DNA of 64,000 nucleotides, taken from contig DATDGF010000089.1 of assembly GCA_036522195.1 (NCBI GenBank), positions 13,673 to 77,672 on the forward strand. The letters run 5' to 3'. The stretch comes from Candidatus Acidiferrum sp. (GTDB taxonomy: Bacteria; Acidobacteriota; Terriglobia; Acidiferrales; UBA7541). Shown piece after piece: positions 20,089-30,608 of the stretch (positions within the stretch are counted from its first letter, which is position 1; the number at the start of each line of letters is the position of its first letter). The notes beneath the pieces were generated by a model. That model had not been told where the DNA came from. It worked only from the letters and a program-made list of their open reading frames with translations, and did not search any database. The translations under genes were made by a program, and so were the position numbers.

Positions 20089-20760
20089 TTGATGCCCAAT
20101 ATTACGCCGGAGATGCTGGCGTTTGGATTTATCTGGTACGTGGCGTTTCTTTTTTCGACGACTTGCCATGAGGCGGCGCACGCGCTGGTAGCCAAAATTG
20201 GCGGGGACACTACGGCGGCGCTGGGCGGGCAAGTGTCGCTCAATCCCGTGCCTCATATACAGCGCGAGCCGTGGGGCATGGTGGTGATTCCACTGCTTTC
20301 CTATGTGCTGAGCGGATCGATGATCGGGTGGGCGAGCGCGCCGTTCGATCCGCTGTGGGAGCGGAGGCACCCGCACCGCTCGGCGTGGATGGCGCTGGCG
20401 GGACCGGCGGCGAATTATTCGCTGATGCTGCTGGCGGTGATTGGCATTCGCGTGGGCACCGCGATGCAGTGGGTGGGACGCAATCCCGGTACGGGCCAGC
20501 TGACCTTTCCGACATTGGTACTGTTCGTTTTTTTCTCGCTGAATCTGCTGCTGGGAACTTTCAACCTGCTGCCGGTTCCGCCGCTGGATGGCAGTACGGT
20601 GATTATGTTGTTCATGAGCGAAGAGCGAGCGCACAAGTACCTGGATTGGTTGCGCGGAAACAGCTACGCGATGCTGGGACTGCTGGTGGGACTGCTGGTG
20701 TTCCGGCAGTTCTATCAGTACGTGGAAGCTTTCGCGACGAACCTGTTGCTGAGGCGTTAG
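20089..20760 (+). CDS. Site-2 protease (M50) family protein
   Basis: HEAAH zinc motif, ALAGP, FNLLPVPPLDG. Confidence 0.92.
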   Translation: MMPNITPEMLAFGFIWYVAFLFSTTCHEAAHALVAKIGGDTTAALGGQVSLNPVPHIQREPWGMVVIPLLSYVLSGSMIGWASAPFDPLWERRHPHRSAWMALAGPAANYSLMLLAVIGIRVGTAMQWVGRNPGTGQLTFPTLVLFVFFSLNLLLGTFNLLPVPPLDGSTVIMLFMSEERAHKYLDWLRGNSYAMLGLLVGLLVFRQFYQYVEAFATNLLLRR

Positions 20761-20914
20761 GTGGCGATGGCCCAGCTTGGAACATGGTTCGAAGGAATGT
20801 CTCACGGATGCACAGTTCTGGATCTTTTCGTTTTCGGTAAATAATTTATTTTCATTCACATGGCAAAGTTGCGGGTGGCCTCCAGGCTGCACTCCGGGAG
20901 TGCGGAGGCTGGCT

Positions 20915-21206
20915 ATGAACTTGACCATCGCGCAACTGGTGTTGGACACGCACCGCGTGGAAGTATCCGGCTGGGACATTTCGCAATCGTTCTTTGTTGA
21001 GAAGCCGGAACTCGAGTGGAACGAAGTAAACGGTAAACAGATTACGCTGAGAAGGGTGCTCCGAAAAGACGATGCTGTTCGCGCGGCTGCTGCAGTCGAC
21101 GGCGCCGGACCGGTCCTCGCCGGTGGCCTATTGGGCCGAGCACATTGCGACGACTCCGCAGGGATTCCACCAGTTCCGGCTAAACCAGGTATTTCCACAC
21201 ATTTAA
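20915..21206 (+). pseudogene. Small hypothetical protein with single frameshift
   Basis: MNLTIAQLVLDTHRVEVSGWDISQSFFVEK..LRRVLR then +1 frame TMLFARLLQSTAPDRSSPVAYWAEH..FRLNQVFPHI*; 292 nt = 97 codons + 1. Confidence 0.7.
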
Positions 21207-21403
21207 GGTTGGGCAAAAACACACAAATTGTCGGTGAAGATCTGGATGTGTGAACGAAGTGCGGGAGAGAAGGAGTGCGTGGATTTTGTGTCAAAGTGGG
21301 AAAAGGGTGAGGGGTCGTGGGCCGATGCGGGACAAAGAGGCTCGAAGTGCGAGGGTGGTTGGTTTGGACCGATGCGGGAGTGATGAAAAGAGGGAGGAGA
21401 GGG

Positions 21404-21481
21404 ATGTGCGAGGTGCTGCTGCAACATTCGTGGCCGGGAAACGTGCGCGAACTGGCGAATGTGATTTCCAGCGCGTGCATT
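21404..21481 (+). pseudogene. Sigma54-activator (NtrC-type AAA+) lid fragment
   Basis: Isolated LLQHSWPGNVRELANVISSA, matching the WPGNVRELENVIERA signature; no rest of the gene. Confidence 0.65.
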
Positions 21482-21588
21482 GCAGTGCATGCTAGAAAGC
21501 GCAGGGCTGAAGGCATGATTCAAGAGACAGTTCCTACCCCCAGTTAGTTCCACAGGTTAAGCGCTAAAATCCGGCCAGAATCCTCTGA

Positions 21589-21626
21589 AGCGCCGCGTCA
21601 CCCAACCCTGATGGGGACGCGGCGCT
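21589..21626. terminator. Strong GC hairpin, probable terminator
   Basis: AGCGCCGCGTC..GACGCGGCGCT 11-bp perfect stem followed by CTTTCCTCTT. Confidence 0.55.
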
Positions 21627-21822
21627 CTTTCCTCTTCTCCAAGAGTTGGCGGAAAATGGAACCCATGACAGTAGGGACGCAAAACCATCATGATGAAGAG
21701 CTGCGGAAATCACGGAATGATGGAAGCTCCCTGGAAGGGCCTATCCTCGGGATTTCACAAACTCCTAGAGGTTTTTTTGGCGGTGATATCACGGAGGGAT
21801 TACTGATCACCTTTGCGAAGCA

Positions 21823-24800
21823 CTACTCGTATCTCAGCGCAACCAGGGGATCCACACGTGTCGCGCGCCGCGCCGGAATGTAGCAGGCGGCAAGAGCCAC
21901 AAGGGTGAGCAGCACGGCGACCGCGATGATCGTCAGCGGGTCGTTGGCGTGGACGTCGTAGAGCATCGAGGACAGGTAGCGCGTCACACCGAGGGCTACT
22001 CCGATGCCCACAGCGGCTCCGACAACGACCAGCACGATTCCCTGCCGCAGGACCAGCTTCAGAACGCTTCCCGCTTGCGCGCCAAGGGCCACGCGAATTC
22101 CGATTTCACGTGTGCGCCGCGAAACTTCGTAGGAAAGCAGCCCGTACAATCCCACGCTCGCCAGCACCAGCGCCAGCAAGCCAAAGAAGCCCGAGAGCCG
22201 CGCCACGAACCGCTCCTGGAATAGCAGCCGGTCGATTTGCTGGGATTCCGTTTTCACGTCGAAGAGCGGCAAATTCGTATTCACTTGCGCGACAACTTCG
22301 CGTATCGCAGGCAGAATGGCCTGCGGGTCGGCCGCCGTGCGCAATTCAAACGAGGCTCCCCCGGCGCTCTGCGGCGTGTACATCATGGCTTGTATCTCCC
22401 GGCGCAGGCTGTTGTATTTTGCGTCGCGCACGACGCCGACGATTTCGTAGCCGGGCCTCGCTGGCTCGTTTGCGTCTGCCGGAGATTCCCCGAACCGCTT
22501 CCCCAGCGGATTCTCCTTGGCAAGATATTTTTCGACGAACGCATGATTTACAATCACCGGAGTCGGCGCCGAAGTGGGGGTATCTCCGCTGTTCGAAGCG
22601 GACAGCGCAAAATCGGAGGCGTTGAAGCCGCGGCCCCTGAGAAATGGAATGTGCAGCGTCTCGAAGAAATTTGGCCCCACGCCAAGCGTGTCCGCATCGG
22701 AGTTCTGATCTTCCGGCGTTCCCGGCCAGTGGAAACTCGTGACCATCAATCCATTATTCAACAACGGCAGCATCGAGTAGCTCGCGGACTTTACTCCGGG
22801 CGTCTCAGCAAGCCGGCCCTGCAAGTCGCGATAGAAGCTGTCCACCTGCGCCCCTTTGTAGCCGATCAATTCCGGATTGATTCCAAAAATCAGGATATTG
22901 TGCGCATCGAATCCGACGTCGATGTTGCGCAGGTTCGCGAGCGTGCGCACCAGAAGTCCGGCGCCCACCAGTACCACGATCGCCAGCGCCACTTGCGCCA
23001 CCACCAGCGCATTGCCGATGCTGAACCATTTTCCGCCCGCATGTCCCGAACTCGTCGAGCTTCCCTCGCCTTCCTTCAGCGCCGGAGTCAAATCGACGCG
23101 CGCGCTCCGAAAGGTTGGTGCGATGCCGAAAAAAATACCCGTCAACAGCGAAACCGCCGCGGTAAATCCCAGCACGCGCAGGTCAACGCCTGTTGCGAAT
23201 CCCAGCGGACGCGCCTGGTTGCTCGACACAAACGAAAGGATCGCGTGTGCTCCCCAGTACGCGAACAGAATTCCCAGCACGCTGCCAAGCACCGAGAGCA
23301 TTATGCTTTCCGTCAAAAGCTGGCGCACCACCCGGGCGCGGCTTGCGCCAAGCGCCAGTCGCACCGCCATTTCCTTATGCCGCGCGGCGGCGCGTGCGAG
23401 CATCAGCCCCGCCACATTCGCGCATGCAATCAGCAGAATAATTCCCACGGCGAGCATCAGGACGTAGAGAGGATTGGAGTACTGCGTGCGGCTGCCAGTC
23501 AGGCCGGTCTGCGCGGGCAAAAGGGTAATCTCCGGGTTATCGTCGGCCTTGGACAACGTCGCCGGCGCACTGGCCACTTCAGATGGGTGCGGGCTTCCCG
23601 CTGGCGCTGCTCCTTGCGGTGCAGCCATCGTAACCCGGCCCGCTGCCGAGGCAGGCGGCGGCACGCTTGTCGGAGTACCTCCAGGAGTTGGCGTTCCGAC
23701 GTTTGCTATTTCGCGCCGAAACATGGTGTTGCCGCCTGCCGGCGCTCCCGGCCGGAGAGCAGGCCCGCCCGCCGCCTCCCCACCATGGAATATCGGGACG
23801 GCCCCATGCAGCATCTCGTTGCGGAACAGGCTGCTCGCAACCGCTTGCGCTTGCGCGAGAGATGTTCCTGGCTTTAGCCGCCCCATGATCGTCAGCCACC
23901 AGAACGCGGCATCCGCCTGACGATTTTGCCAGCGGAAGGGACCGCTGGTGGAGATGCGTTCACCGTCGGAAAGCGGCAGCCAGACATCGTAATCGCTGCC
24001 CGGAGCAATTCCTGTGAATCGCTGTTCGGTTACGCCGATGATCGTAAAGGCAACGCCGTTCAGTTCAATCGTGCGACCGACGATATCGCGAGAGCCGCCA
24101 AAGGCGCTCTGCCAGAAGCCGTAGTTCAAGACCGCGACCGGTGCGGCCGACGGCGTGTCATCCGATGTGTCCAGCAGCCGGCCTAAGGCGGGCTTGAGAC
24201 CCATGGTGCGGAAGAAGTCGCCGGAAACGAGTTGGCCGTTGACAACCATCGCCGGGCCATTCCCCGTCAAATTCATTCTCCCGGCGTTGGCGAACGCAGC
24301 CGCTCCCGAAAAGACATTCGCTTGTGCTATTTCGCGAAACATGGGCTCGGAGAACGAGCAGCCAGACGGATTTCGAGCCCCTAAGCCAAAATTGGATATG
24401 CAATCGCCGGCGGACATGTACCCGTGAGTGTCGGGAGGCGTGCGCGCGCCCCACTTCATCAGCACCAGCTCTGACGGATTCTCCACCGGCAGCGACCGCA
24501 GCATTACAGAGTCGATCAGGCTGAAGATGGCTGTGTTTGCGCCAATGCCCAAAGCCAGCGTGAGAATCGCCACCGCCGCAAAGCCGGGAGATTTCGCGAG
24601 CGTGCGAAGCCCGTAGCGGATGTCCTGCCACAACTGCTCAAGCCAAAGGAATCTCCACACCTCCCGCGTATCTTCCTTGACGTGCGTCACATTGCCGAAC
24701 TTCCGCAGAGCGGCGTAGCGCGCTTCCTCTGGCGACATGCCGCGTTCGATGTTGTCGCGAGTCTCCATTTCGATGTGTTCGCGGATGTCCTGGTCGAGAT

Positions 24801-24828
24801 CGTCGAGCAGGCGCTTGCGGCGACTCAT
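21823..24828 (-). CDS. ADOP/MacB-like duplicated ABC transporter permease
   Basis: [70 protein letters not shown]. Confidence 0.95.
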   Translation of the reverse strand: MSRRKRLLDDLDQDIREHIEMETRDNIERGMSPEEARYAALRKFGNVTHVKEDTREVWRFLWLEQLWQDIRYGLRTLAKSPGFAAVAILTLALGIGANTAIFSLIDSVMLRSLPVENPSELVLMKWGARTPPDTHGYMSAGDCISNFGLGARNPSGCSFSEPMFREIAQANVFSGAAAFANAGRMNLTGNGPAMVVNGQLVSGDFFRTMGLKPALGRLLDTSDDTPSAAPVAVLNYGFWQSAFGGSRDIVGRTIELNGVAFTIIGVTEQRFTGIAPGSDYDVWLPLSDGERISTSGPFRWQNRQADAAFWWLTIMGRLKPGTSLAQAQAVASSLFRNEMLHGAVPIFHGGEAAGGPALRPGAPAGGNTMFRREIANVGTPTPGGTPTSVPPPASAAGRVTMAAPQGAAPAGSPHPSEVASAPATLSKADDNPEITLLPAQTGLTGSRTQYSNPLYVLMLAVGIILLIACANVAGLMLARAAARHKEMAVRLALGASRARVVRQLLTESIMLSVLGSVLGILFAYWGAHAILSFVSSNQARPLGFATGVDLRVLGFTAAVSLLTGIFFGIAPTFRSARVDLTPALKEGEGSSTSSGHAGGKWFSIGNALVVAQVALAIVVLVGAGLLVRTLANLRNIDVGFDAHNILIFGINPELIGYKGAQVDSFYRDLQGRLAETPGVKSASYSMLPLLNNGLMVTSFHWPGTPEDQNSDADTLGVGPNFFETLHIPFLRGRGFNASDFALSASNSGDTPTSAPTPVIVNHAFVEKYLAKENPLGKRFGESPADANEPARPGYEIVGVVRDAKYNSLRREIQAMMYTPQSAGGASFELRTAADPQAILPAIREVVAQVNTNLPLFDVKTESQQIDRLLFQERFVARLSGFFGLLALVLASVGLYGLLSYEVSRRTREIGIRVALGAQAGSVLKLVLRQGIVLVVVGAAVGIGVALGVTRYLSSMLYDVHANDPLTIIAVAVLLTLVALAACYIPARRATRVDPLVALRYE

Positions 24829-25187
24829 GGTTTGCCCTCCTGTTTCACCGGCCGGAGAATCCGAGCGATGGCCCCCGCCAGCTTATCCCACTTGGTGGTC
24901 TCAACCACCAGTTGCCGCCGGCCTTTGGCCGTGAGCCGGTAGAACTTGGCCCGGCGATTGTTCTCGGAGGTGCCCTCTTCGACCGAAATCCATCTGCGCT
25001 TGATGAGGCGGTGCAGCGCCGGATAGAGCGACCCCTGCTCGACTTGCAAGACGTCATCGGAGTTGAATTCAATCGCTTTAGCGATGGCATGTCCATGTCC
25101 CGGACCCCGAAGCAGGGTGCGCAGAATGAGCAAATCCAGGGTGCCCTGCAACAGCTCGATGCGTTCGCGCTGCTCTTTAGTAGACAT
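24825..25187 (-). CDS. PadR family regulator (acidobacterial type)
   Basis: [44 protein letters not shown]; overlaps the permease start. Confidence 0.93.
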   Translation of the reverse strand: MSTKEQRERIELLQGTLDLLILRTLLRGPGHGHAIAKAIEFNSDDVLQVEQGSLYPALHRLIKRRWISVEEGTSENNRRAKFYRLTAKGRRQLVVETTKWDKLAGAIARILRPVKQEGKP

Positions 25188-25191
25188 TCTA
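25181..25191. promoter_or_regulatory. Putative PadR operator palindrome over the padR start codon
   Basis: TAGA-CAT-TCTA inverted repeat centred on the ATG. Confidence 0.4.
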
Positions 25192-25401
25192 GGTGAAGAT
25201 ACAGCGGTTTCCGCGGAGTGTCAACGTGAACCGTCACGCGAGGAATCCCGAATCGCCGGCTACCCGGGAGATCGGAAAATTCTCGCGTTTCTTTTCAAAA
25301 AGAGTGACCAGTGAACAGAGATCAGAGAACTTCGGCTACCCGGTGAACTGGGGATTGAAGCGTCTAAGTGGGCCTGGAGGTGGTGTAAACTGGCGGAAAA
25401 T

Positions 25402-26226
25402 ATGCTGTACCGACTTTATAGTCCGCCGGCGCCGTTGGGCCACTTTGTGGAGTTGTTGTGGCTGTATGAGGGATTCCGGCCGGCGCATTCGAAAGAACGG
25501 CTGCTGCCGACGGGCACGATAGAGATCGTCTTTGACATGCGGGAGGATCGAATCCTGACGTATGGGCGGCGCGAGAAGATGCAGCCGTTTTATCTGTCGG
25601 GATCGGTGGTTTGCGGGGCGCACTCGGAATTTTTTGTCATTGATACGAGTTCGCAAGATGCGGTTCTGGGTGTGCACTTCCGGCCGGGGGGCGCGTTTCC
25701 GTTCCTCAAACTGCCTGCCGGTGAGCTCCACAATGAGCATGTCGATTTAGGGGCACTTTGGGGCTGGCAGGGGGTCCGAGACTTGCGGGAGAAACTGCAG
25801 AGAGCTGCGAAGCCAGAGCAAAAACTGCGCGTGCTGGAGCGCGCGCTGCTGGGCAAATTGCGGGAGGGATTCGAACGGCATCCGGCGGTGGCATACGCGC
25901 TCGGTGAATTTGACGCTGCGCCCGGGGCACGAACCATGGCGGAAGTTACCGGCAAGACGGGCTTCAGCGCGAGACGGTTTATTGATCTGTTTGAGAAGGA
26001 AGTGGGGCTGACGCCGAAGCTTTTCTGCCGGGTGCAGCGTTTCCAGAAAGTGCTGCACATCATTCAAAGCGGACGCGCGATCGATTGGGCGGAGATCGCG
26101 CTCATGTGCGGGTACTACGACCAGGCGCATTTCATACACGATTTCCGGGCGTTTTCCGGGATCAATCCGTCGACTTATCTGGCAGCGCATACACCGCACC
26201 TGAATCACGTTCCGATTCTGGAATGA
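25402..26226 (+). CDS. AraC family regulator (DUF6597-like N-terminus)
   Basis: ERLLPTGTIEIV; C-terminal FEKEVGLTPK..WAEIALMCGYYDQAHFIHDFRAFSGINPS. Confidence 0.9.
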   Translation: MLYRLYSPPAPLGHFVELLWLYEGFRPAHSKERLLPTGTIEIVFDMREDRILTYGRREKMQPFYLSGSVVCGAHSEFFVIDTSSQDAVLGVHFRPGGAFPFLKLPAGELHNEHVDLGALWGWQGVRDLREKLQRAAKPEQKLRVLERALLGKLREGFERHPAVAYALGEFDAAPGARTMAEVTGKTGFSARRFIDLFEKEVGLTPKLFCRVQRFQKVLHIIQSGRAIDWAEIALMCGYYDQAHFIHDFRAFSGINPSTYLAAHTPHLNHVPILE

Positions 26227-26419
26227 ACTTAGCACGCTGCGGCGGAGCCGGACTATTGTTGGTTGATAGCTGCTATTTTTTTGTGAACAAATGGGAGGAT
26301 GTTCAGGTGCTTCCCACCGGGCCGCCACTTCAAATTTTTACAATACGATACCCTGCGCCTTTGTCAGAATCTCTCGCGAAGCACCAGATAGCACTCGATG
26401 GAAATGACGCGAGGTAAAC

Positions 26420-27241
26420 ATGAGCAGCCAAACGAATTACATTCCTGAAGGTTTTCATTCGCTTACGCCGTACCTGGTCGGCAAGGGAACAGCGCGATTA
26501 CTGGAGTTCCTGAAGGAGGTGTTCGGGGCGACGGAGACGTTTCGAATGAGCCGGGAGGACGGCACTATCGGGCACGCTTCGGCGCGGATTGGGGACTCGA
26601 TGCTGGAAATGGCGGACCCGGCGGAAGAATGGAAGGCCATGCTCGCGGGACTACATTTATATGTCCCCAATGCGGATGAGGTGTACAAGCGCGCCGTAGA
26701 GGCGGGCGCGCAATCGTTGTACGCACCGAGCGACATGGAATATGGGGACCGCGAAGGGGGCGTGCAGGATCCATCAGGCAATCATTGGTATATCGCGACC
26801 CATAAAGGGGGCAAACATTTCGCACCGGAGGGTTTAGGCAGCGTGACGGCAGGGATAAGCGTGAAAGATGCGGCCAAGTTTTTAGAATTTCTAGCTAAAG
26901 CTTTTGACGCAGAAGTTGTACAGAAGAATGAGGCGGCGAAGGGCGTCGTGGGACACGCCAAGGTGCGGATCGGCAACTCCGTGCTGGAATGCAGCGAGGC
27001 GCGCGGGAAGTGGGGACCGCGTAGCGTGACGATGCACCTGTACGTACCGGACGTGGATGGGGCGTATGCGCGCGCGATGCAGGCGGGAGCCAGCTCGCTC
27101 TCGGAGCCCAAGGACCAGTTCTACGGGGAGCGCAACGGCGGAGTGATGGATGCGTGGGGAAACCAGTGGTATGTGGCGACGCACAAAGAGGCCGTTTCCA
27201 AGGAAGAAGTTGAACGCCGGGCGAAGAGATCGGCAGGCTGA
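26420..27241 (+). CDS. Tandem VOC/glyoxalase (PhnB-like) protein
   Basis: Two repeats of HA..RIG.S.LE..../LYVP..D..Y.RA..AGA/.YG.R.GGV.D..GN.WY.ATH. Confidence 0.9.
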   Translation: MSSQTNYIPEGFHSLTPYLVGKGTARLLEFLKEVFGATETFRMSREDGTIGHASARIGDSMLEMADPAEEWKAMLAGLHLYVPNADEVYKRAVEAGAQSLYAPSDMEYGDREGGVQDPSGNHWYIATHKGGKHFAPEGLGSVTAGISVKDAAKFLEFLAKAFDAEVVQKNEAAKGVVGHAKVRIGNSVLECSEARGKWGPRSVTMHLYVPDVDGAYARAMQAGASSLSEPKDQFYGERNGGVMDAWGNQWYVATHKEAVSKEEVERRAKRSAG

Positions 27242-27303
27242 CGGTTCGAATGATTTTGTGGCAAGCTACCGGAGTGCAGTTGCAGAGTCACTGACGTTCA
27301 TCC

Positions 27304-28653
27304 ATGAGCCCTCCGGCCGGCCACAGCAGTGCCCTCTCCAATCCCACGTCCAAGGTCAAAAAAGCCTTTCTTGCGGCGGCGACATCGCTGTCTCTGATTT
27401 TTATTGTGGCGCTGGGAGCGCGGCTGGGATTTGGCTGGACGCAGGAACGCAAAATTCCCAAGGATATGCTGGCGCTGGCGTCGTTCGCGCAGGAGACCGG
27501 GAGTATCGCGTCGGCGCTGGCACAAGGAAAGGGATTCAGCTCGCCGTTTGGAAGGGAGACGGGGCCGACGGCTTGGCTGACGCCGGTGTATCCGCTGCTG
27601 GTAGCGGGAGTGTTTCGCGTGTTTGGGATCGTGACGCGCGGGTCGTTCTTCACGGTATTTTTTCTCAATGCGCTATTTTCGTCGGCGGTGTGCATCGCGA
27701 TATTTCATGCGGGGAAGCGGATCGGCGGAATTGGAGTGGCGAGCGGCGCGGCGTGGCTGTGGGCGCTGTTTCCCAATGCCGTGATGGTGCCGTTCGAATG
27801 GGTGTGGGACACCAGCCTGACGACGCTGCTGGGAGCGACGATTTTTTGGGCGACGCTGAAGCTGGCGGAATCGCAACGGGTGCAAGACTGGTGCGGCTAC
27901 GGGCTGCTGTGGGGATTTACGTTGATGACCAACCCGGCGCTGGGGTCGCTACTGCCCTTCTTGCTGGGGTCGGCGGCGTACCGAGCGCGGCGGGAAATGA
28001 AGATGCGGGTCACGCGGCAGGTGCTGGCCGCGGCGGGGATCGCGTTTTTGTGCTGCGTGCCATGGACGGTGAGGAATTACGTGCAGTTTCACAGGCTGGT
28101 TCCGCTGCGTTCGAATTTTCCGCTGGAGCTATACATCGGGAACAACAATAACTATGCGACGAAGCAGTTTGTTTGGCCGCCGAAGATCACGAAGGAAATG
28201 GAACTGCTCCGCTACTTCAAGCTGGGCGAGACGGGGTTCATGGATGAGGAGAAACGGAAGGCGATGGAATTCATCCGCGCGCATCCGGGAATCTTCCTGG
28301 TGCTGACGTGGGACCGGTTTGTGACGTTCTGGACAGGATTGCCAGCGCCAGTGGAGTCCTTTATTCACGCCGAGACGCAACTGGTGCGCGTGCTGCTGGT
28401 GTGCAATGCATTGGCGGGCCTGGGAGGCTTGGTAGGAATCGTGGTGCTAACACTAAGACGCAGCCCATATGCATTTCCAGCCGCAGCTTATCCGGTTGTT
28501 TTTCCGTGGCTGTATTACATCACGCATCCAAATCTGCGATACCGGCACCCCATCGATCCGGTAGTGTTGCTGCTGGCGGCGGTGGCGATCGGCAGTTTGT
28601 TGGGATTCCGGCCGGCAACCGCAGGGTCATCCAGCGGACTGGAGGAGAGATAG
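27304..28653 (+). CDS. ArnT/PMT-like (GT39) glycosyltransferase
   Basis: GPTAWLTPVYP, many TM segments, PWTVRNY, RYRHPIDP. Confidence 0.8.
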   Translation: MSPPAGHSSALSNPTSKVKKAFLAAATSLSLIFIVALGARLGFGWTQERKIPKDMLALASFAQETGSIASALAQGKGFSSPFGRETGPTAWLTPVYPLLVAGVFRVFGIVTRGSFFTVFFLNALFSSAVCIAIFHAGKRIGGIGVASGAAWLWALFPNAVMVPFEWVWDTSLTTLLGATIFWATLKLAESQRVQDWCGYGLLWGFTLMTNPALGSLLPFLLGSAAYRARREMKMRVTRQVLAAAGIAFLCCVPWTVRNYVQFHRLVPLRSNFPLELYIGNNNNYATKQFVWPPKITKEMELLRYFKLGETGFMDEEKRKAMEFIRAHPGIFLVLTWDRFVTFWTGLPAPVESFIHAETQLVRVLLVCNALAGLGGLVGIVVLTLRRSPYAFPAAAYPVVFPWLYYITHPNLRYRHPIDPVVLLLAAVAIGSLLGFRPATAGSSSGLEER

Positions 28654-28809
28654 ACAGAGCCAGAAATGGCTGCTACATTTTCCTACTGATGGAGTCTCAG
28701 GCCGCGAAAGAGCAAGAGCAGTTCGTTGCGGCACGAGGTCAAGCGCAATGGGTTCCAGAACCTTCCCCCGTTTTCCAAACCGAAAAGAATAGAAAAGGAG
28801 AATAGAAAA

Positions 28810-29424
28810 ATGAGAACGAAATCCCTGGCAGGGGTGTTGATAGCTTTGCTTTTGATGGCGGGGGCAGTAGCTACGCATGCGCAGGAACTGACACAGGCCG
28901 ACAAGGACCATGCGATGCAGTACCTGGAATCGACGAAGAAGAATGTGCTGGAGGCGACGAAAGGGCTCTCGGAGGCGCAGTGGAACTACAAGCCGGCGCC
29001 CGACCGCTGGTCGGTGGCGCAAGTGATGGAACACATTGCGGCGGCAGAAGATTTTATACTGAGCCTGACTAAGGATAAGGTGATGTTGGCGCCGGCAGGG
29101 GAGCCGGGACGCGACGTGCAAAAAGTGGACGCCGCGGTGCTGCTGATGGTCCCGGACCGCACGAACAAGGCGCAGGCACCGGAGCCGCTGGTGCCGACAA
29201 ACCGATTCTCGTCGCCGGAAGGATCGATTAAACACTTCGAGGCGAGCCGGGCGACGACGGAAGAGTTCCTGAAAACGACACCGGGACTGCGCGAGCACGT
29301 GATGGAAAGCCCGTTAGGGAAGCTGGATGGATATGAATTCATCCTGCTGATCGCGGCGCACAGCGAGCGGCACACCAAGCAGATCAACGAAGTGAAAGCG
29401 GATCCAAACTTCCCGAAGAAATAA
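28810..29424 (+). CDS. DinB family protein with signal peptide
   Basis: QWNYKPAPDRWSVAQVMEHI and AAHSERH (His triad); N-terminal signal peptide. Confidence 0.85.
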   Translation: MRTKSLAGVLIALLLMAGAVATHAQELTQADKDHAMQYLESTKKNVLEATKGLSEAQWNYKPAPDRWSVAQVMEHIAAAEDFILSLTKDKVMLAPAGEPGRDVQKVDAAVLLMVPDRTNKAQAPEPLVPTNRFSSPEGSIKHFEASRATTEEFLKTTPGLREHVMESPLGKLDGYEFILLIAAHSERHTKQINEVKADPNFPKK

Positions 29425-29537
29425 TGAAGATAAAAACCTAACACAGTGCTCTGAGAGACCGGACACAGAGTTCTCAGAGACAAAAAAGGCCAAAGACCCG
29501 GCGGGTTAAGCTACGGGTCAACCGAACAAGAACAGAT

Positions 29538-29580
29538 GCGCCGCGGGAGGGCAGGCTGAGAGTGCCCGCGCGGTGCTTTC
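29538..29580. terminator. Hairpin between convergent DinB and TrbI-like genes
   Basis: GCGCCGCG..GGGCA..TGCCC..CGCGGTGC followed by TTTC. Confidence 0.5.
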
Positions 29581-29583
29581 TTG

Positions 29584-30285
29584 TTATTGGCGAACTTCAG
29601 CTACTGCTGGAGTGTCCGTGTTGCTGGCGCTAACGCCCGGCACGGTAATAGTATTGTCCATGCGGACGAGGATTCCCGTTTGCGCAGGGAGTTCCACTTC
29701 CTTACCCTTGCGAATCATGATGTAGGCGGCGCTTCCGGCGAGGCCAAAGCCGAAGCCCTGGACAACTTTGCCGAAGATGGCGCCAACGATGGAGCCTGCG
29801 CCAGTGCCGATGGTGGCGCCGATGATGTCACCCTTGAAGTCATGCTTTTCCTGCACAACCTGACCTTCGGCGATCTTGACGTCGCTCCGTTGTTTGCCGT
29901 TTGACTGGCCACGAGGCGGCTCGAAAGCGATGATGCTCATTTGGATAGGGATGAGACGACTGTCGACTTCTATGGAGTGAAAAGTGATGTTGATGTAGGC
30001 CTGGCCGCGGAATACGGAGAAGCGGCGGGCTTTCTCGACGGTGCCGACGACGCCGTTGATGCGTGTGCCTGCGGGAATCAACATCTGGGTGCCGAGCATG
30101 ACGGGATCGGCGACGGTGGCTATGAAGGGATCACCATCTTTCGCGAGGCCGGTGTTGATGCTGTTCAGAAGGGTGAGGTGGATCTGGGTGCCTTGCAAAA
30201 CCTGGCGCGGATCGGCTTTGGTTACAGGCGCGGTGGTAGCGGACAGAAGTGCAAATGCCAATACGAACGACAAGACTGATTTCAT
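29584..30285 (-). CDS. Secreted TrbI/VirB10-like protein with glycine-zipper segment
   Basis: AGGAGG RBS; GTQIHLTLLNSINT..GDPFIATV..IPAGTRING..GATIGTGAGSIVG..VELPAQT. Confidence 0.7.
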   Translation of the reverse strand: MKSVLSFVLAFALLSATTAPVTKADPRQVLQGTQIHLTLLNSINTGLAKDGDPFIATVADPVMLGTQMLIPAGTRINGVVGTVEKARRFSVFRGQAYINITFHSIEVDSRLIPIQMSIIAFEPPRGQSNGKQRSDVKIAEGQVVQEKHDFKGDIIGATIGTGAGSIVGAIFGKVVQGFGFGLAGSAAYIMIRKGKEVELPAQTGILVRMDNTITVPGVSASNTDTPAVAEVRQ

Positions 30286-30608
30286 TGAATTCCTCCTGCG
30301 TGCACGTGCGTGCAAGCTTGGCCCCGTATCGTGGGGCGACACCGAGGCGATGCCTGGGTGCTGACCGCTGGCGCAGCGGACCTGCGTTCGACGCGGGCGA
30401 ACGCGAGGTAGACGAGGAGGAAGTCCGTCCGAGCGCAGGTTACCTGAATTCCGGAAGATGCATGAAAGGTGTTTGGAATTGTGTCCATTCGGTAAACGTG
30501 GTGAGCCGAGTGGGCTACTGGACGAGTGCGAGTTAGTTCCTATGGTCTTGCCCTTAATGGGTCTCGTGCGTATGGTTTGCGGAGTTTGTTCCAACGGAGG
30601 AGAGCGAC

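Noticed and set aside
20860-20910. c-di-GMP-I (GEMM) riboswitch resemblance (GGCAAA, GCCTCC)
   Set aside because: No GAAA tetraloop/receptor or two-stem architecture.
21611-21883. 90-aa plus-strand ORF
   Set aside because: It starts inside a terminator-like hairpin, overlaps the ADOP end and shows no family features.
25257-25343. 11-bp direct repeat CGGCTACCCGG
   Set aside because: Two copies only, with no associated element; could be chance.
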